A stretch of DNA of 64,000 nucleotides from Ignavibacteriota bacterium (GTDB taxonomy: Bacteria; Bacteroidota; Ignavibacteria; UBA10030; CAVZMI01), in contig CAVZMI010000029.1 of the NCBI GenBank assembly GCA_963776275.1, positions 29,355 through 93,354 of the forward strand, read 5' to 3'. Under the pieces are notes generated by a model. The model had not been told where the DNA came from and searched no databases. It worked only from the letters and a program-made list of their open reading frames with translations. The position numbers were made by a program, and so were the translations under genes. Shown here one piece after another: positions 46,201 to 55,234 of the stretch (its first letter is position 1; each line of letters starts with the position of its first letter).

Positions 46201-46278
46201 CTCTCGCGTGCTATTCTTCTAATAAGGGCGGAGGCGGCCCCCGATCGTCCCCCGATAAGACGATCATACACGCGAGAG
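46201..46278 (-). ncRNA. Candidate structured RNA (three-way junction)
   Basis: 10-bp closing stem CTCTCGCGTG/CACGCGAGAG enclosing two further hairpins. Confidence 0.4.
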
Positions 46279-46282
46279 AGTC

Positions 46283-46990
46283 TTATGGTTGTGAATTGTT
46301 CCTTATAATTTCATCAAACTCTACCATCATTTGTGGAACCAGCATCGGTAGAATTAATTCCCAGTGAGGATCTTCATTTTGGACAATTCCCTTTGCAACT
46401 GCTTTCTGCCAGAGGTCAAGTTTTGCCTGATCTGGAAGTAAGTAAAATTGCGCCTGGAGGCGCTTACATTTTTTATCGATTCGTTCTGCATGTTTGCGGA
46501 TTTGTTCTCTTATTTTACCACTCCACCAGATTTGTACATCAATTAGACCCTGCCTTGCGAATTCTTCCTCATTCATCGATCCAATTTTAAGTCGAATATA
46601 TTCATCTCTTCTTTTTTGGATCCGATGTTCAAAAATCATTTCAATCTCTGCCGAGCTATAAAGGGTTTCAGAGTTAAGAAACATATCAAGAGTAATTGCC
46701 CGAAAATCCTTCGTTTTGACTACGTTCTTTGCCCATTCTAAAATTTTTTCGATGGGTTCCGGTTGATTATTCAGAGACACTGCCAATGCTCGTCGTTCAT
46801 CGTCGGAAAGATGAATTTGCTTCATGTTTTCGACCCATTGAACAATTTTAACAATCCTGGCATATCGTGCAGCATCACTCTCTGCGACGGACTGGAGTTT
46901 GTTCAAAAGTGCGTCGAGCGTCTTCGTTTGTTGTAGATCCACCTGCTCTCGCAGATCGACCTTCTTGATTACTTCTTGAATGCTTTCCAT
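46283..46990 (-). CDS. Hypothetical protein after the replication initiator (possible helicase loader)
   Basis: Positional only. Confidence 0.45.
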   Translation of the reverse strand: MESIQEVIKKVDLREQVDLQQTKTLDALLNKLQSVAESDAARYARIVKIVQWVENMKQIHLSDDERRALAVSLNNQPEPIEKILEWAKNVVKTKDFRAITLDMFLNSETLYSSAEIEMIFEHRIQKRRDEYIRLKIGSMNEEEFARQGLIDVQIWWSGKIREQIRKHAERIDKKCKRLQAQFYLLPDQAKLDLWQKAVAKGIVQNEDPHWELILPMLVPQMMVEFDEIIRNNSQP

Positions 46991-47759
46991 TTTTCACCGT
47001 TAAAAATAGTCTTGTGAATTGTTTCCGTAATGCTGACACCGAGAGAATATTTATTTTCCAAAATGGATCATGTTGACAAAATTCGATTATTATTCTTATC
47101 TCATTTGGATTGCGTTTGTCAAGGCGTATTAGCCTATCCATTTCCATTGCCCATTCTTCAAAATTTGGTCTTTTCACTTTGGGATCGTTTTTAAGCATTC
47201 TCGCGTATAGGAGTCTTGATAATTTCATCGGAGGTAATTCTTTTGGGAATCGTTCCGACGCTCTTTTTCTTTTGTCCTTGTCCTTGTCCTTGTCCTTGTC
47301 CTTGTCCTTAACCCCTTCTATGCCCTCAATTTGATCTCTATTTGAGATCAAATTGGAGTCAAGTTGACCTCCATTTGAGGTCAAGTTGAGGTCAAGTTGA
47401 GTTCTTAAATAGGGTGTTGGATCAATCCCATTTTGAATAAGTAAATTGATTGCTGAATTATGCATCCGATTCTTATCGTTCAAAATTCCACCGTATTGGA
47501 ACTCTATGAATCCCGTTAAAAACCACCTCCCATTATCCAGAACCTTTATTCGTTCTTTGTCCACATTAACTGTTTCAATAAACTCTTGAAGATTGACTTT
47601 CGCCCCAATCAATCTGTTAAATGTCGTACTATTCGGCCGCCATATTCCCGCATGATCACATGTATCTTTTATGAATCCCCATAGGAGTTTGTAATTCTTT
47701 GACAATCCAATAAACCAGTCTTCTTTCCATATTTCTGTATCTGTGTATCTTTTTGCCAT
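46875..47759 (-). CDS. Phage replication initiator
   Basis: 'KRYTDTEIWKEDWF..CDHAGIW', KD-repeat linker, C-terminal 'DPFWKINILS..LRKQF'. Confidence 0.8.
   Translation of the reverse strand: MAKRYTDTEIWKEDWFIGLSKNYKLLWGFIKDTCDHAGIWRPNSTTFNRLIGAKVNLQEFIETVNVDKERIKVLDNGRWFLTGFIEFQYGGILNDKNRMHNSAINLLIQNGIDPTPYLRTQLDLNLTSNGGQLDSNLISNRDQIEGIEGVKDKDKDKDKDKDKRKRASERFPKELPPMKLSRLLYARMLKNDPKVKRPNFEEWAMEMDRLIRLDKRNPNEIRIIIEFCQHDPFWKINILSVSALRKQFTRLFLTVKNGKHSRSNQEGRSARAGGSTTNEDARRTFEQTPVRRRE
47272..47307. repeat. (TTGTCC)6 microsatellite encoding a KD linker
   Basis: Six exact hexamers. Confidence 0.95.
47331..47403. repeat. Iteron-like repeats (putative phage origin)
   Basis: TTGAGGTCAAG-like unit repeated ~4 times inside the initiator gene. 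Confidence 0.6.
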
Positions 47760-47765
47760 AAGGAC

Positions 47766-48266
47766 CTATGCCGGTATGCATTCAAGTTGATTGTAGAGCG
47801 CTGATACTATTGGATCTTCTTTTTTTGATTTTTTTGTTTCATTTATCGTTGCCGGTTTTTGTACCAGAACCGGCGCCATTACAGATTGAAATTGAGCCGC
47901 ATCAAGTCCCATCAATGACCAATCTATTGCATTTCTCCTACGTTTAAGACTTTTACGAGCGCAAACAAGCTCCTCATGATTTAGCGCCCAAAAATATCCT
48001 CTACCACGATGACCGATGGCTATCGGATTATGATTGCCCCTTAACCAATTGATCATTTTTCGTAATTGAATATCATTGATTGTTATTCCGTCCGATGCTT
48101 TCAGCCGCTCACATATTTCTCGGCCGAGAATAGGTTTAAGAGGTGTAACACTTCCGGATGCTCGGGATGATTTAAGCTTCCTCGCAATCTTTATGGCGAT
48201 GGCTTTCAGATCATCCTTAATGTTAAAATCATCAATCTCTTCTTCGAGCTCATTCATAATAGACAC
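47766..48266 (-). CDS. Winged-HTH-like phage protein
   Basis: 'PILGREI...LRKMINWLR..PI...RGYF'. Confidence 0.55.
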   Translation of the reverse strand: MSIMNELEEEIDDFNIKDDLKAIAIKIARKLKSSRASGSVTPLKPILGREICERLKASDGITINDIQLRKMINWLRGNHNPIAIGHRGRGYFWALNHEELVCARKSLKRRRNAIDWSLMGLDAAQFQSVMAPVLVQKPATINETKKSKKEDPIVSALYNQLECIPA

Positions 48267-48517
48267 AGCTGATTCGGATCGTCTGTCAAATAATATTTTC
48301 TCAAATTTTCTATAACCGATCTATTCTTGGGCGTATCTCTGAAACTCCACTGTTTATCATTCTCATTGTAAGTGAATCCATCGGGATTCTTCTCCGTCAG
48401 AACCCCAATGGAAGTTTTGATCCCGCTTATAACTGCTCGCGCCCCGCCAGCGCTATGATTCCAATCCTCGGAATCAAACAGCAGATATATGTATCCCGCT
48501 TGAGTAGATATTTTCAT
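48254..48517 (-). CDS. Hypothetical protein
   Basis: 87 aa. Confidence 0.55.
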   Translation of the reverse strand: MKISTQAGYIYLLFDSEDWNHSAGGARAVISGIKTSIGVLTEKNPDGFTYNENDKQWSFRDTPKNRSVIENLRKYYLTDDPNQLCLL

Positions 48518-48570
48518 TTGGTTCTGTTATTAAAAAAGGAAAGAGCAATTACCGCTTAAAGCTTTTTATA

Positions 48571-49107
48571 CTATTCAGTTGTTACACCCTCGGTGAGTTG
48601 TTTGGGTTTTCCCCCCGATTCCAGTACTTCATACTCAGCAGCTACCGCTCCCGCCGCACCATGCTCTTCAAATGGAAGCTCCTGCTGTGGCTTTACTATG
48701 ATTATTGTTATTACATTTTTGAGATTAGAAACAATTTCACCGGCCGTATCTGCATCGATATCACTGCATTTTATTTTGATCTTTGCTACCAGATTACCAC
48801 CAGCATCAAGCGCACCAGTTTCGATGTCTGTGAGCTCACAACCGATCTTATCAAAACCCGGAAAATCCAACAACAATCCGTCGTGTTTCAGAAAAGCAAT
48901 AGGAATGTGACCTTCAATCGGTAATTCGCCAGTGAGGATTCTTCTCAATCCATCACTTTTTTCTTTAGCTATAACGTCATCGAGAAAGTTTATGTCCTGA
49001 GTGCGAACCATCCCGACAATTGTAATTCCGATGATATTTCCACCCTCTTTTTCATATGCAAACGGAGATGTTGCCGAAATATCGAGGCTGAATGGTTTGT
49101 CATACAT
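48571..49107 (-). CDS. Hypothetical protein
   Basis: 178 aa, SD AAGGA. Confidence 0.6.
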   Translation of the reverse strand: MYDKPFSLDISATSPFAYEKEGGNIIGITIVGMVRTQDINFLDDVIAKEKSDGLRRILTGELPIEGHIPIAFLKHDGLLLDFPGFDKIGCELTDIETGALDAGGNLVAKIKIKCSDIDADTAGEIVSNLKNVITIIIVKPQQELPFEEHGAAGAVAAEYEVLESGGKPKQLTEGVTTE

Positions 49108-49119
49108 GATTTCGATTCC

Positions 49120-49494
49120 TTATTTTTGGTCTTTGGAGTGTTTCCGGTCCGATTGCATTTCAATGAGTTCAATTTTTAGGTTTTCACATTGTAGCTCGAT
49201 CGTATCGCTTAACCGCCGGCGTAACGCATTCAACCTACCTTCAATTGTTTTTCCTATCTCGATTTTAAATTTCCATTCCGGTATCTGTGCATTCGCCGCG
49301 GTTATTTCTGCCGCTTTGTTGTTGTACCAACGGTCAATCTTTTCACCCAAAAAACATAACCGTCCCATATTGCTGCTACGAATTCTTAAAATCTGTAATG
49401 CATTTGCTGCTGAATATCCAATCGTCAGGCTTGTTGCCATTCCGCTCATTTCTTTTAAAACATTTTCCATTTCAGTGATTGTGGATTCGTCCAT
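49120..49494 (-). CDS. Hypothetical helical protein
   Basis: 124 aa. Confidence 0.55.
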   Translation of the reverse strand: MDESTITEMENVLKEMSGMATSLTIGYSAANALQILRIRSSNMGRLCFLGEKIDRWYNNKAAEITAANAQIPEWKFKIEIGKTIEGRLNALRRRLSDTIELQCENLKIELIEMQSDRKHSKDQK

Positions 49495-49502
49495 GCATCA
49501 TC

Positions 49503-49913
49503 TCAAAATGGAAGGTCTGATTCGTTTTGAACTGTACCAGTTGCAGCTGCTGATGATTGGTTTTCCGCAGCTTCGCTCGACGATGTTTGCCTTGGAGCTC
49601 CATCGAGCATGATTAAACTCTCAGCCAAGATTTCAGTGATATAACGTTTCACACCATTTTTATCGTCGTAGCTTCGTGTTTGAATCCGTCCTTCGATATA
49701 AACTCTTTTCCCCTTCTTCAGCCACTCGCCGCATATTTCTGCAAGTTTTCTCCAGGCAACAATATTGTGCCACTCGGTGCGTTCCTGCAGATTTCCATCC
49801 TGATCCTTCCAGCTCTCGCTTGTCGCGATGGCAACTCCGCTTGTGGTATATCGGAGCTCAGGGTCCTTCCCGAGATTTCCGATGAGCATCGCTTTATTCA
49901 GACTTTTCGCCAT
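49503..49913 (-). CDS. ssb: Single-stranded DNA-binding protein
   Basis: '[19 protein letters not shown]', 'TEWHNIVAW', 'EGRIQTRSY', tail 'DLPF'. Confidence 0.95.
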   Translation of the reverse strand: MAKSLNKAMLIGNLGKDPELRYTTSGVAIATSESWKDQDGNLQERTEWHNIVAWRKLAEICGEWLKKGKRVYIEGRIQTRSYDDKNGVKRYITEILAESLIMLDGAPRQTSSSEAAENQSSAAATGTVQNESDLPF

Positions 49914-50874
49914 CTGAAGTCTCCGATGATGTGACGGTTGTGGTTTCAGTAAATATTCTCTTACTCACGTATCTCAGCGCGTCGCCGTTATGCTTCACCG
50001 CCTCCAGACATACCTCAACCGTCTGTTCCTTCACGTATCTCAGCGCGTAGCCGTCCCGACGCACCGCCTCCAGACATACCTCAACCGTCTGTTCCTTCAC
50101 GTATCTCAGCGCGTCGCCGTTATGCTTCACCGCCTCCAGACATACCTCAACCGTCTGTTCCTTCACGTACTGAAGCGCGTAGCCGTCCTGACGCACCGCC
50201 TCCAGACATACCTCAACCGTCTGTTCCTTCACGTACTGAAGCGCGTCGCCGTTATGCTTCACCGCCTCCAGACATACCTCAACCGTCTGTTCCTTCACGT
50301 ACTGAAGCGCGTCGCCGTCCCGACGCACCGCCTCCAGACATACCTCAACCGTCTGTTCCTTCACGTATCTCAGCGCGTAGCCGTCCTGACGCACCGCCTC
50401 CAGACATACCTCAACCGTCTGTTCCTTCACGTACTGAAGCGCGTCGCCGTCCTGACGCACCGCCTCCAGACATACCTCAACCGTCTGTTCCTTCACGTAT
50501 CTCAGCGCGTAGCCGTTATGCTTCACCGCCTCCAGACATACCTCAACCGTCTGTTCCTTCACGTACTGAAGCGCGTCGCCGTTATGCTTCACCGCCTCCA
50601 GACATACCTCAACCGTCTGTTCCTTCACGTACTGAAGCGCGTCGCCGTTATGCTTCACCGCCTCCAGACATACCTCAACCGTCTGTTCCTTCACGTACTG
50701 AAGCGCGTCGCCGTCCTGACGCACCGCCTCCAGACATACCTCAACCGTCTGTTCCTTCACGTACTGAAGCGCGTCGCCGTCCTGACGCACCGCCTCCAGA
50801 GCTTTTTCGCCTATTAGTTCGATGATTTCTGATTCTCGGCGATTGATCGATACCAAAAATAACTTGAGATCCAT
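49894..50874 (-). CDS. DUF4116-like 22-aa tandem repeat protein
   Basis: 13 units of VEVCLEAV(RQD/KHN/RRD)G(D/Y)AL(Q/R)YVKEQT. Confidence 0.85.
   Translation of the reverse strand: MDLKLFLVSINRRESEIIELIGEKALEAVRQDGDALQYVKEQTVEVCLEAVRQDGDALQYVKEQTVEVCLEAVKHNGDALQYVKEQTVEVCLEAVKHNGDALQYVKEQTVEVCLEAVKHNGYALRYVKEQTVEVCLEAVRQDGDALQYVKEQTVEVCLEAVRQDGYALRYVKEQTVEVCLEAVRRDGDALQYVKEQTVEVCLEAVKHNGDALQYVKEQTVEVCLEAVRQDGYALQYVKEQTVEVCLEAVKHNGDALRYVKEQTVEVCLEAVRRDGYALRYVKEQTVEVCLEAVKHNGDALRYVSKRIFTETTTVTSSETSDGEKSE
49965..50800. repeat. 66-bp tandem repeat, ~12.7 copies
   Basis: 42-bp invariant block plus 24 bp containing three variable sub-blocks. Confidence 0.97.
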
Positions 50875-50904
50875 AATCCTCTCCTTTTTTCTCTTCTGAG
50901 TAAT

Positions 50905-53316
50905 TCAGTTTATGATTTGTATGCCCGTTTTCTTATCAAGATGGATCCTTTGCGGTATCTGCTGCCACAGTTCTGGCGTCTGCGATATGATCATCCCGTA
51001 ATACCGCTTTCCGAGTGTGAATGATTCTCGCATCATCTTTAGAAATTTGTCCTTGTTATCAGGATCCAAAGGACCGTCTGCTTCATCGGAGTAAGATGTT
51101 AAATATTCCTTTCCGGATTTCTGAGAAAGATAGATCGATATCCCTTCGCTGATTGCTCTGTCAACCCATACAGCCTCGCCTCCGGAGAGCATCTCCAGTT
51201 TCTTCTCTGTTCCGTTTCCAAAAACCTTAATTTCGAATGTCTCTTTTTGTTTGCCTTCTGTTGTTATTCGTGTCGTCTCAAATTGTATTTGAAATCTGGA
51301 CCCGAAAGTGTTCGCCAGTAATTCGTTTGTTATTGAGGTCACTGCGACACCGGCGTAATCTAATTCAATGGCCGGGATACCATCCCTGGAGAATGCTTTC
51401 TGTAGAAGGAGCCAGTACTCAATTTCTTTTCCCAGCTTCTGGAGTTCGCCCGATTTCAGCTTTTTCAGTTCGGCTTCCAGTTTATCCAATCGCTCCAATT
51501 CATTCCTCACTGATATCAGCTCACCCTGCAACTCTGCATCCCGAGCAGCGATGATCATAAGTTCGTTTTCGTTACTCGCTATCTTCTTTATCAACTCGGT
51601 CCGCTGACCTCGTAATTCGTCCAGTTTTCTTGCAACCTCTGACAACCTCTGCCATTCATTGTTCTTCTCTTCCAATTGCCCTTTATATTCCTTAAGGCTC
51701 TGCTCTTTGCGGATCTCGAGACTTCGGATCTGCTCATCGATTGAGCTTAAGACTTCATTTTTAGCTTTGATGATGGTCTCTGCTTCGCGCAATTCGACCT
51801 GTATTTCTTCCCACCGTTTTGCTTCGATCTCCTTGATTTGTACCTTTACCGTCGCATGATGCTTTGCATCATAACCGATCGCCGCTTTCTGCTTCTCAAA
51901 TTCAACTGCCTGTCCGTTGGGTGGAGGATTTTGTATCAACATAGCGAGCTGCTGCTGTGCTTCAACTTTTTTCTCGTTCCCCTTTTCGGCGAAAGATTCA
52001 TAGATTAGTTCGATCTCCTTAATTTCCGATCGAACTGCATCGATTTCCTTTCCTGACTCTATAGCACCCTGTAAGAATTGACATGATTTTTGCATCGTTT
52101 CATGTCCATTACATGGTACACTACCAATCAATGCAGCTCTTTTCTCAAGTTCCGATAATCGCTGCTTTGTATGCCCGATCTTTGTCTCACCTTCACGTTT
52201 ATGTTGATCGATCTGTAATTCGGTCCTCGATAAGATATTCCGAGCATCCTGGACAGCCATATTATGAGCACTCTGTTGCCGGCTGAATTCCAATTGATAG
52301 TTGTTGAACTCAGAATCTATGATATGAAACCGACTTTCCTTTTCAGATAATGTTTTCTCCTCGATTCTTAAGGCTTGGAGTTGAGAAACTTGAGTATCTA
52401 TTTCCGTCTTGTGGCTGACTATTGTTGATTTTCGTTCGATCTCTTTGACGATGAGTATTCTTTTCTGCTGCAAATCCGCTGCTTCTTTGTTAGATTCGAT
52501 TTCCAATCCGGAAATCCGCGATAGCAGTACCTTTATATCTTCATTGATTTTTCCGATTCCTTGTATCAGGCCTTCATTCTCGCCGATCTGCCGATCGTAA
52601 TCCTCTCTCGTTTTCTGCAACCGAAACCGTTCGATGTTCTTGGCTTCTTTTTGTATCCTCATCTCATCCAGGTCTTTGAGTAGAATCTGATATTGTTCTG
52701 TCAATTGCGGCTTCCGCAATAGTTCAAGAGATTGACTGTCGATCGCGTTTTTCTTCTCCTCATATCGGATATCGAGTTCCTTCGCCCTTTGCTTTGTGTA
52801 TTCCTCATAATATTGATATCGATCAAGAGCGAGAAGCTCAAAAAACAAGGCCTTCCTTTCAGTCACATCCAATCTTGCAAAACTTTCATGCCGTTGTGAA
52901 TTAAAGATCGATCGGAAAAATAACTCTGGAGTACCTAACAATTTCTCGATCACCACATCATAGGTCATGTTCTTTCCATCATTCTGCGGTTCACCGTTTT
53001 TCCATATATAGGCTTCCGATTTGCCGGTTTCGGCATCGATCGATATGAGTGTTCGAAATTCATCCGTACCGATCGCAAAACAGAGTTCACGATATGAATC
53101 CTTTAACCGGAAATGATCCTGAAGCTTTCCTTTTCGAGATGCTAACATACGATAGGGGTGAAGATTTTCAAGTATTGTTGTCTTACCCGCTCCATTGCTG
53201 CCTACTAAAGCGACTATCCCGGGGCTGAAATTCGTGAATTCAATTTTTACCTCGTCCAGTCCTATCCCCTCATATATTCCTATCGCTCCCCGTAATTTTA
53301 GTGATATAAGTCTCAC
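50905..53316 (-). CDS. sbcC: SbcC/Rad50-like SMC ATPase
   Basis: 'GSNGAGKT', long coiled coil with central Cys, 'LSGGE', 'DEADGPLD'. Confidence 0.9.
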   Translation of the reverse strand: MRLISLKLRGAIGIYEGIGLDEVKIEFTNFSPGIVALVGSNGAGKTTILENLHPYRMLASRKGKLQDHFRLKDSYRELCFAIGTDEFRTLISIDAETGKSEAYIWKNGEPQNDGKNMTYDVVIEKLLGTPELFFRSIFNSQRHESFARLDVTERKALFFELLALDRYQYYEEYTKQRAKELDIRYEEKKNAIDSQSLELLRKPQLTEQYQILLKDLDEMRIQKEAKNIERFRLQKTREDYDRQIGENEGLIQGIGKINEDIKVLLSRISGLEIESNKEAADLQQKRILIVKEIERKSTIVSHKTEIDTQVSQLQALRIEEKTLSEKESRFHIIDSEFNNYQLEFSRQQSAHNMAVQDARNILSRTELQIDQHKREGETKIGHTKQRLSELEKRAALIGSVPCNGHETMQKSCQFLQGAIESGKEIDAVRSEIKEIELIYESFAEKGNEKKVEAQQQLAMLIQNPPPNGQAVEFEKQKAAIGYDAKHHATVKVQIKEIEAKRWEEIQVELREAETIIKAKNEVLSSIDEQIRSLEIRKEQSLKEYKGQLEEKNNEWQRLSEVARKLDELRGQRTELIKKIASNENELMIIAARDAELQGELISVRNELERLDKLEAELKKLKSGELQKLGKEIEYWLLLQKAFSRDGIPAIELDYAGVAVTSITNELLANTFGSRFQIQFETTRITTEGKQKETFEIKVFGNGTEKKLEMLSGGEAVWVDRAISEGISIYLSQKSGKEYLTSYSDEADGPLDPDNKDKFLKMMRESFTLGKRYYGMIISQTPELWQQIPQRIHLDKKTGIQIIN

Positions 53317-53335
53317 GGTCTTTCCCTTTCAGTTT

Positions 53336-54004
53336 TCAACTGTTGAATTGTAGTTTGTCTCGCCAGATCTTGAATAATTCAGATGTCGCCCTTACATCTC
53401 CGAGACAATAGGTCGCGATCTCCCGGTACCTACCTTCAATGAATAGTTTGTGCACATCACTGCCGACGACGTTTTGAGTTTTCGGGCTTTGAATCCCGAA
53501 TGCCTTACAATAAAAATCCAGATTGAATTTACGGACTGATCCATAGAATGTGAGTTGATCGAGTAAATCGCAGTGTAGTTTCGAGTCGTATCGATAAGGC
53601 ATCAAATTCCTTTGCGGCTTCAGCTGCAGTATTGCCGATCGCAACATCAAGAATGGACAATCAAAACCACGGCCGTTGAATGTCACTATCTGATTGAAAT
53701 TCTTTAGGATCTTCCAGAACGCTTCGATGCATGCAAGTTCGGTACCAGGGATCAATTTTGAACCATCAATTTCGGTTTCTGTTGTCTCATCCGATATATA
53801 GTATACACACCCTCCACCGGCGTCTGGGTTCATCATGCCGATCGCCACAATCCTGGCTGTGAGCGGATATAGAGCCATTTTTTCAATAGTCTCCTGAGCT
53901 TCTTTTTCCCCTTCTGCAAATTTGAGCAGATATTCCTGCCGCACTGGGTCAAAACTTTCCCATGGAAAAGCTACTGTTTCGATATCGACCACGATAGAGC
54001 TCAT
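53336..54004 (-). CDS. 3'-5' exonuclease (PolB-related RNase H-like domain)
   Basis: 'VDIET', 'TFNGRGFD', 'YCLGDV' Exo I-III motifs. Confidence 0.9.
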   Translation of the reverse strand: MSSIVVDIETVAFPWESFDPVRQEYLLKFAEGEKEAQETIEKMALYPLTARIVAIGMMNPDAGGGCVYYISDETTETEIDGSKLIPGTELACIEAFWKILKNFNQIVTFNGRGFDCPFLMLRSAILQLKPQRNLMPYRYDSKLHCDLLDQLTFYGSVRKFNLDFYCKAFGIQSPKTQNVVGSDVHKLFIEGRYREIATYCLGDVRATSELFKIWRDKLQFNS

Positions 54005-55194
54005 GCCGAGACCTGCCTTTCTACCTCAGCTGCAAGTTCCAGCAATTCTGGTTCGATGTTGATGTTATTTACCCTTCCCCATTCCGCTACCTTCTCCGGA
54101 AGCGTTTGAACCTTAGCCATTGCCTCACTCCGGATCCGCTCGTCCGGGACAACTACCCATTCTATTTGGTGTGAATACGCTCCTGGATAGCATCGCTTCA
54201 CATCTTCTTCAGTGATGAGTTTTCGCTGCTCGGCTCGAACCGTCACCCTCACGCGAAGCTCAGCATCGATCCAATCTCTCTCAATCGACAGATCGTCCAA
54301 TATTCCACCATACATGTATTTCGCTTCGTGTTTCGCCATCGGCCTTGACGGGATCTGTATTTTCCTAACTTCTGCACTACCCTTTTGCATTTCCACGATA
54401 TTGAAAAATTTCGATTCGGTCTCCCCCCAATTGATATGATATGTCGCACCAGAATAAAAACTATGTGTGCTAATCTGTTGGGCTTTATGGATATGACCCA
54501 ACGCATTGTAATCAGCACATGCAAGTTCCAGATCATTGGCAGTGATTATAATATCCTGACTGAAAATTGTCTGGCCATTGGAAAGTTTCGAATCGGCTAC
54601 ATTACAGTGCCCAACCAAGATAGTCGGACATTGGACCTGCTGTGTCAATACTCCCCATCCCAGGAATATCTGTTGAAGTTTCTGGATTATCTCGAAATTA
54701 GACTCGTCAACCGACATTGTCTTATCTCGCATGAACCAGGCTTTTATCGGATATGGCAGCATGTGCAATAAGGCCACCATCTCTTCCGAGACAGAAAACC
54801 ATTGATCTTCCTGGATCGTTCTAAATGTATATTCACCGATCGGATTTTTATAGAGACCTATGGTCTCCGCGATATTGGAAAGATGAATAGGATGATATGT
54901 TTCGAGTTTTCTGAGTACTTCAAGGCTGCCAGCTGGATCATGATCTTCATTTCCGTACACGATCGCCACAGGAGCAATATTGGCAAGTCTTTCTATATGT
55001 CCGATCATCGGGTTGACCGCCGAATTACCGTCCAGCATCTGTCTCTTATTTTGCAGATCGCCGGCCACAACTATCAGCTGGGGCTTTTCGATCTGCGCTT
55101 GTTCTTCAATAAATCGAGAACTTATCAGACACTTCTCAAGCTTTTCGGTATCCCAATGCTCGTCGGCAATATGAAGTAACTTTAATGTTGACAT
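54001..55194 (-). CDS. sbcD: SbcD/Mre11-like metallophosphoesterase nuclease
   Basis: 'HIADEH', 'AGD', 'GNEDHD', 'ALGHIH'. Confidence 0.88.
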   Translation of the reverse strand: MSTLKLLHIADEHWDTEKLEKCLISSRFIEEQAQIEKPQLIVVAGDLQNKRQMLDGNSAVNPMIGHIERLANIAPVAIVYGNEDHDPAGSLEVLRKLETYHPIHLSNIAETIGLYKNPIGEYTFRTIQEDQWFSVSEEMVALLHMLPYPIKAWFMRDKTMSVDESNFEIIQKLQQIFLGWGVLTQQVQCPTILVGHCNVADSKLSNGQTIFSQDIIITANDLELACADYNALGHIHKAQQISTHSFYSGATYHINWGETESKFFNIVEMQKGSAEVRKIQIPSRPMAKHEAKYMYGGILDDLSIERDWIDAELRVRVTVRAEQRKLITEEDVKRCYPGAYSHQIEWVVVPDERIRSEAMAKVQTLPEKVAEWGRVNNINIEPELLELAAEVERQVSA

Positions 55195-55234
55195 GCTTCA
55201 CCTCTGTTGTTGTCGGTCGTGGTGAATAGTTCAG

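Noticed and set aside
49965-50800. CRISPR array (42-bp constant plus 24-bp variable)
   Set aside because: The variable parts are a few recurring alleles, the period is exactly 22 codons in an open frame, and there are no cas genes or leader.
49990-50817. 275-aa plus-strand repeat ORF
   Set aside because: Antisense shadow of the repeat gene; the minus frame has the RBS, operon context and family motif.
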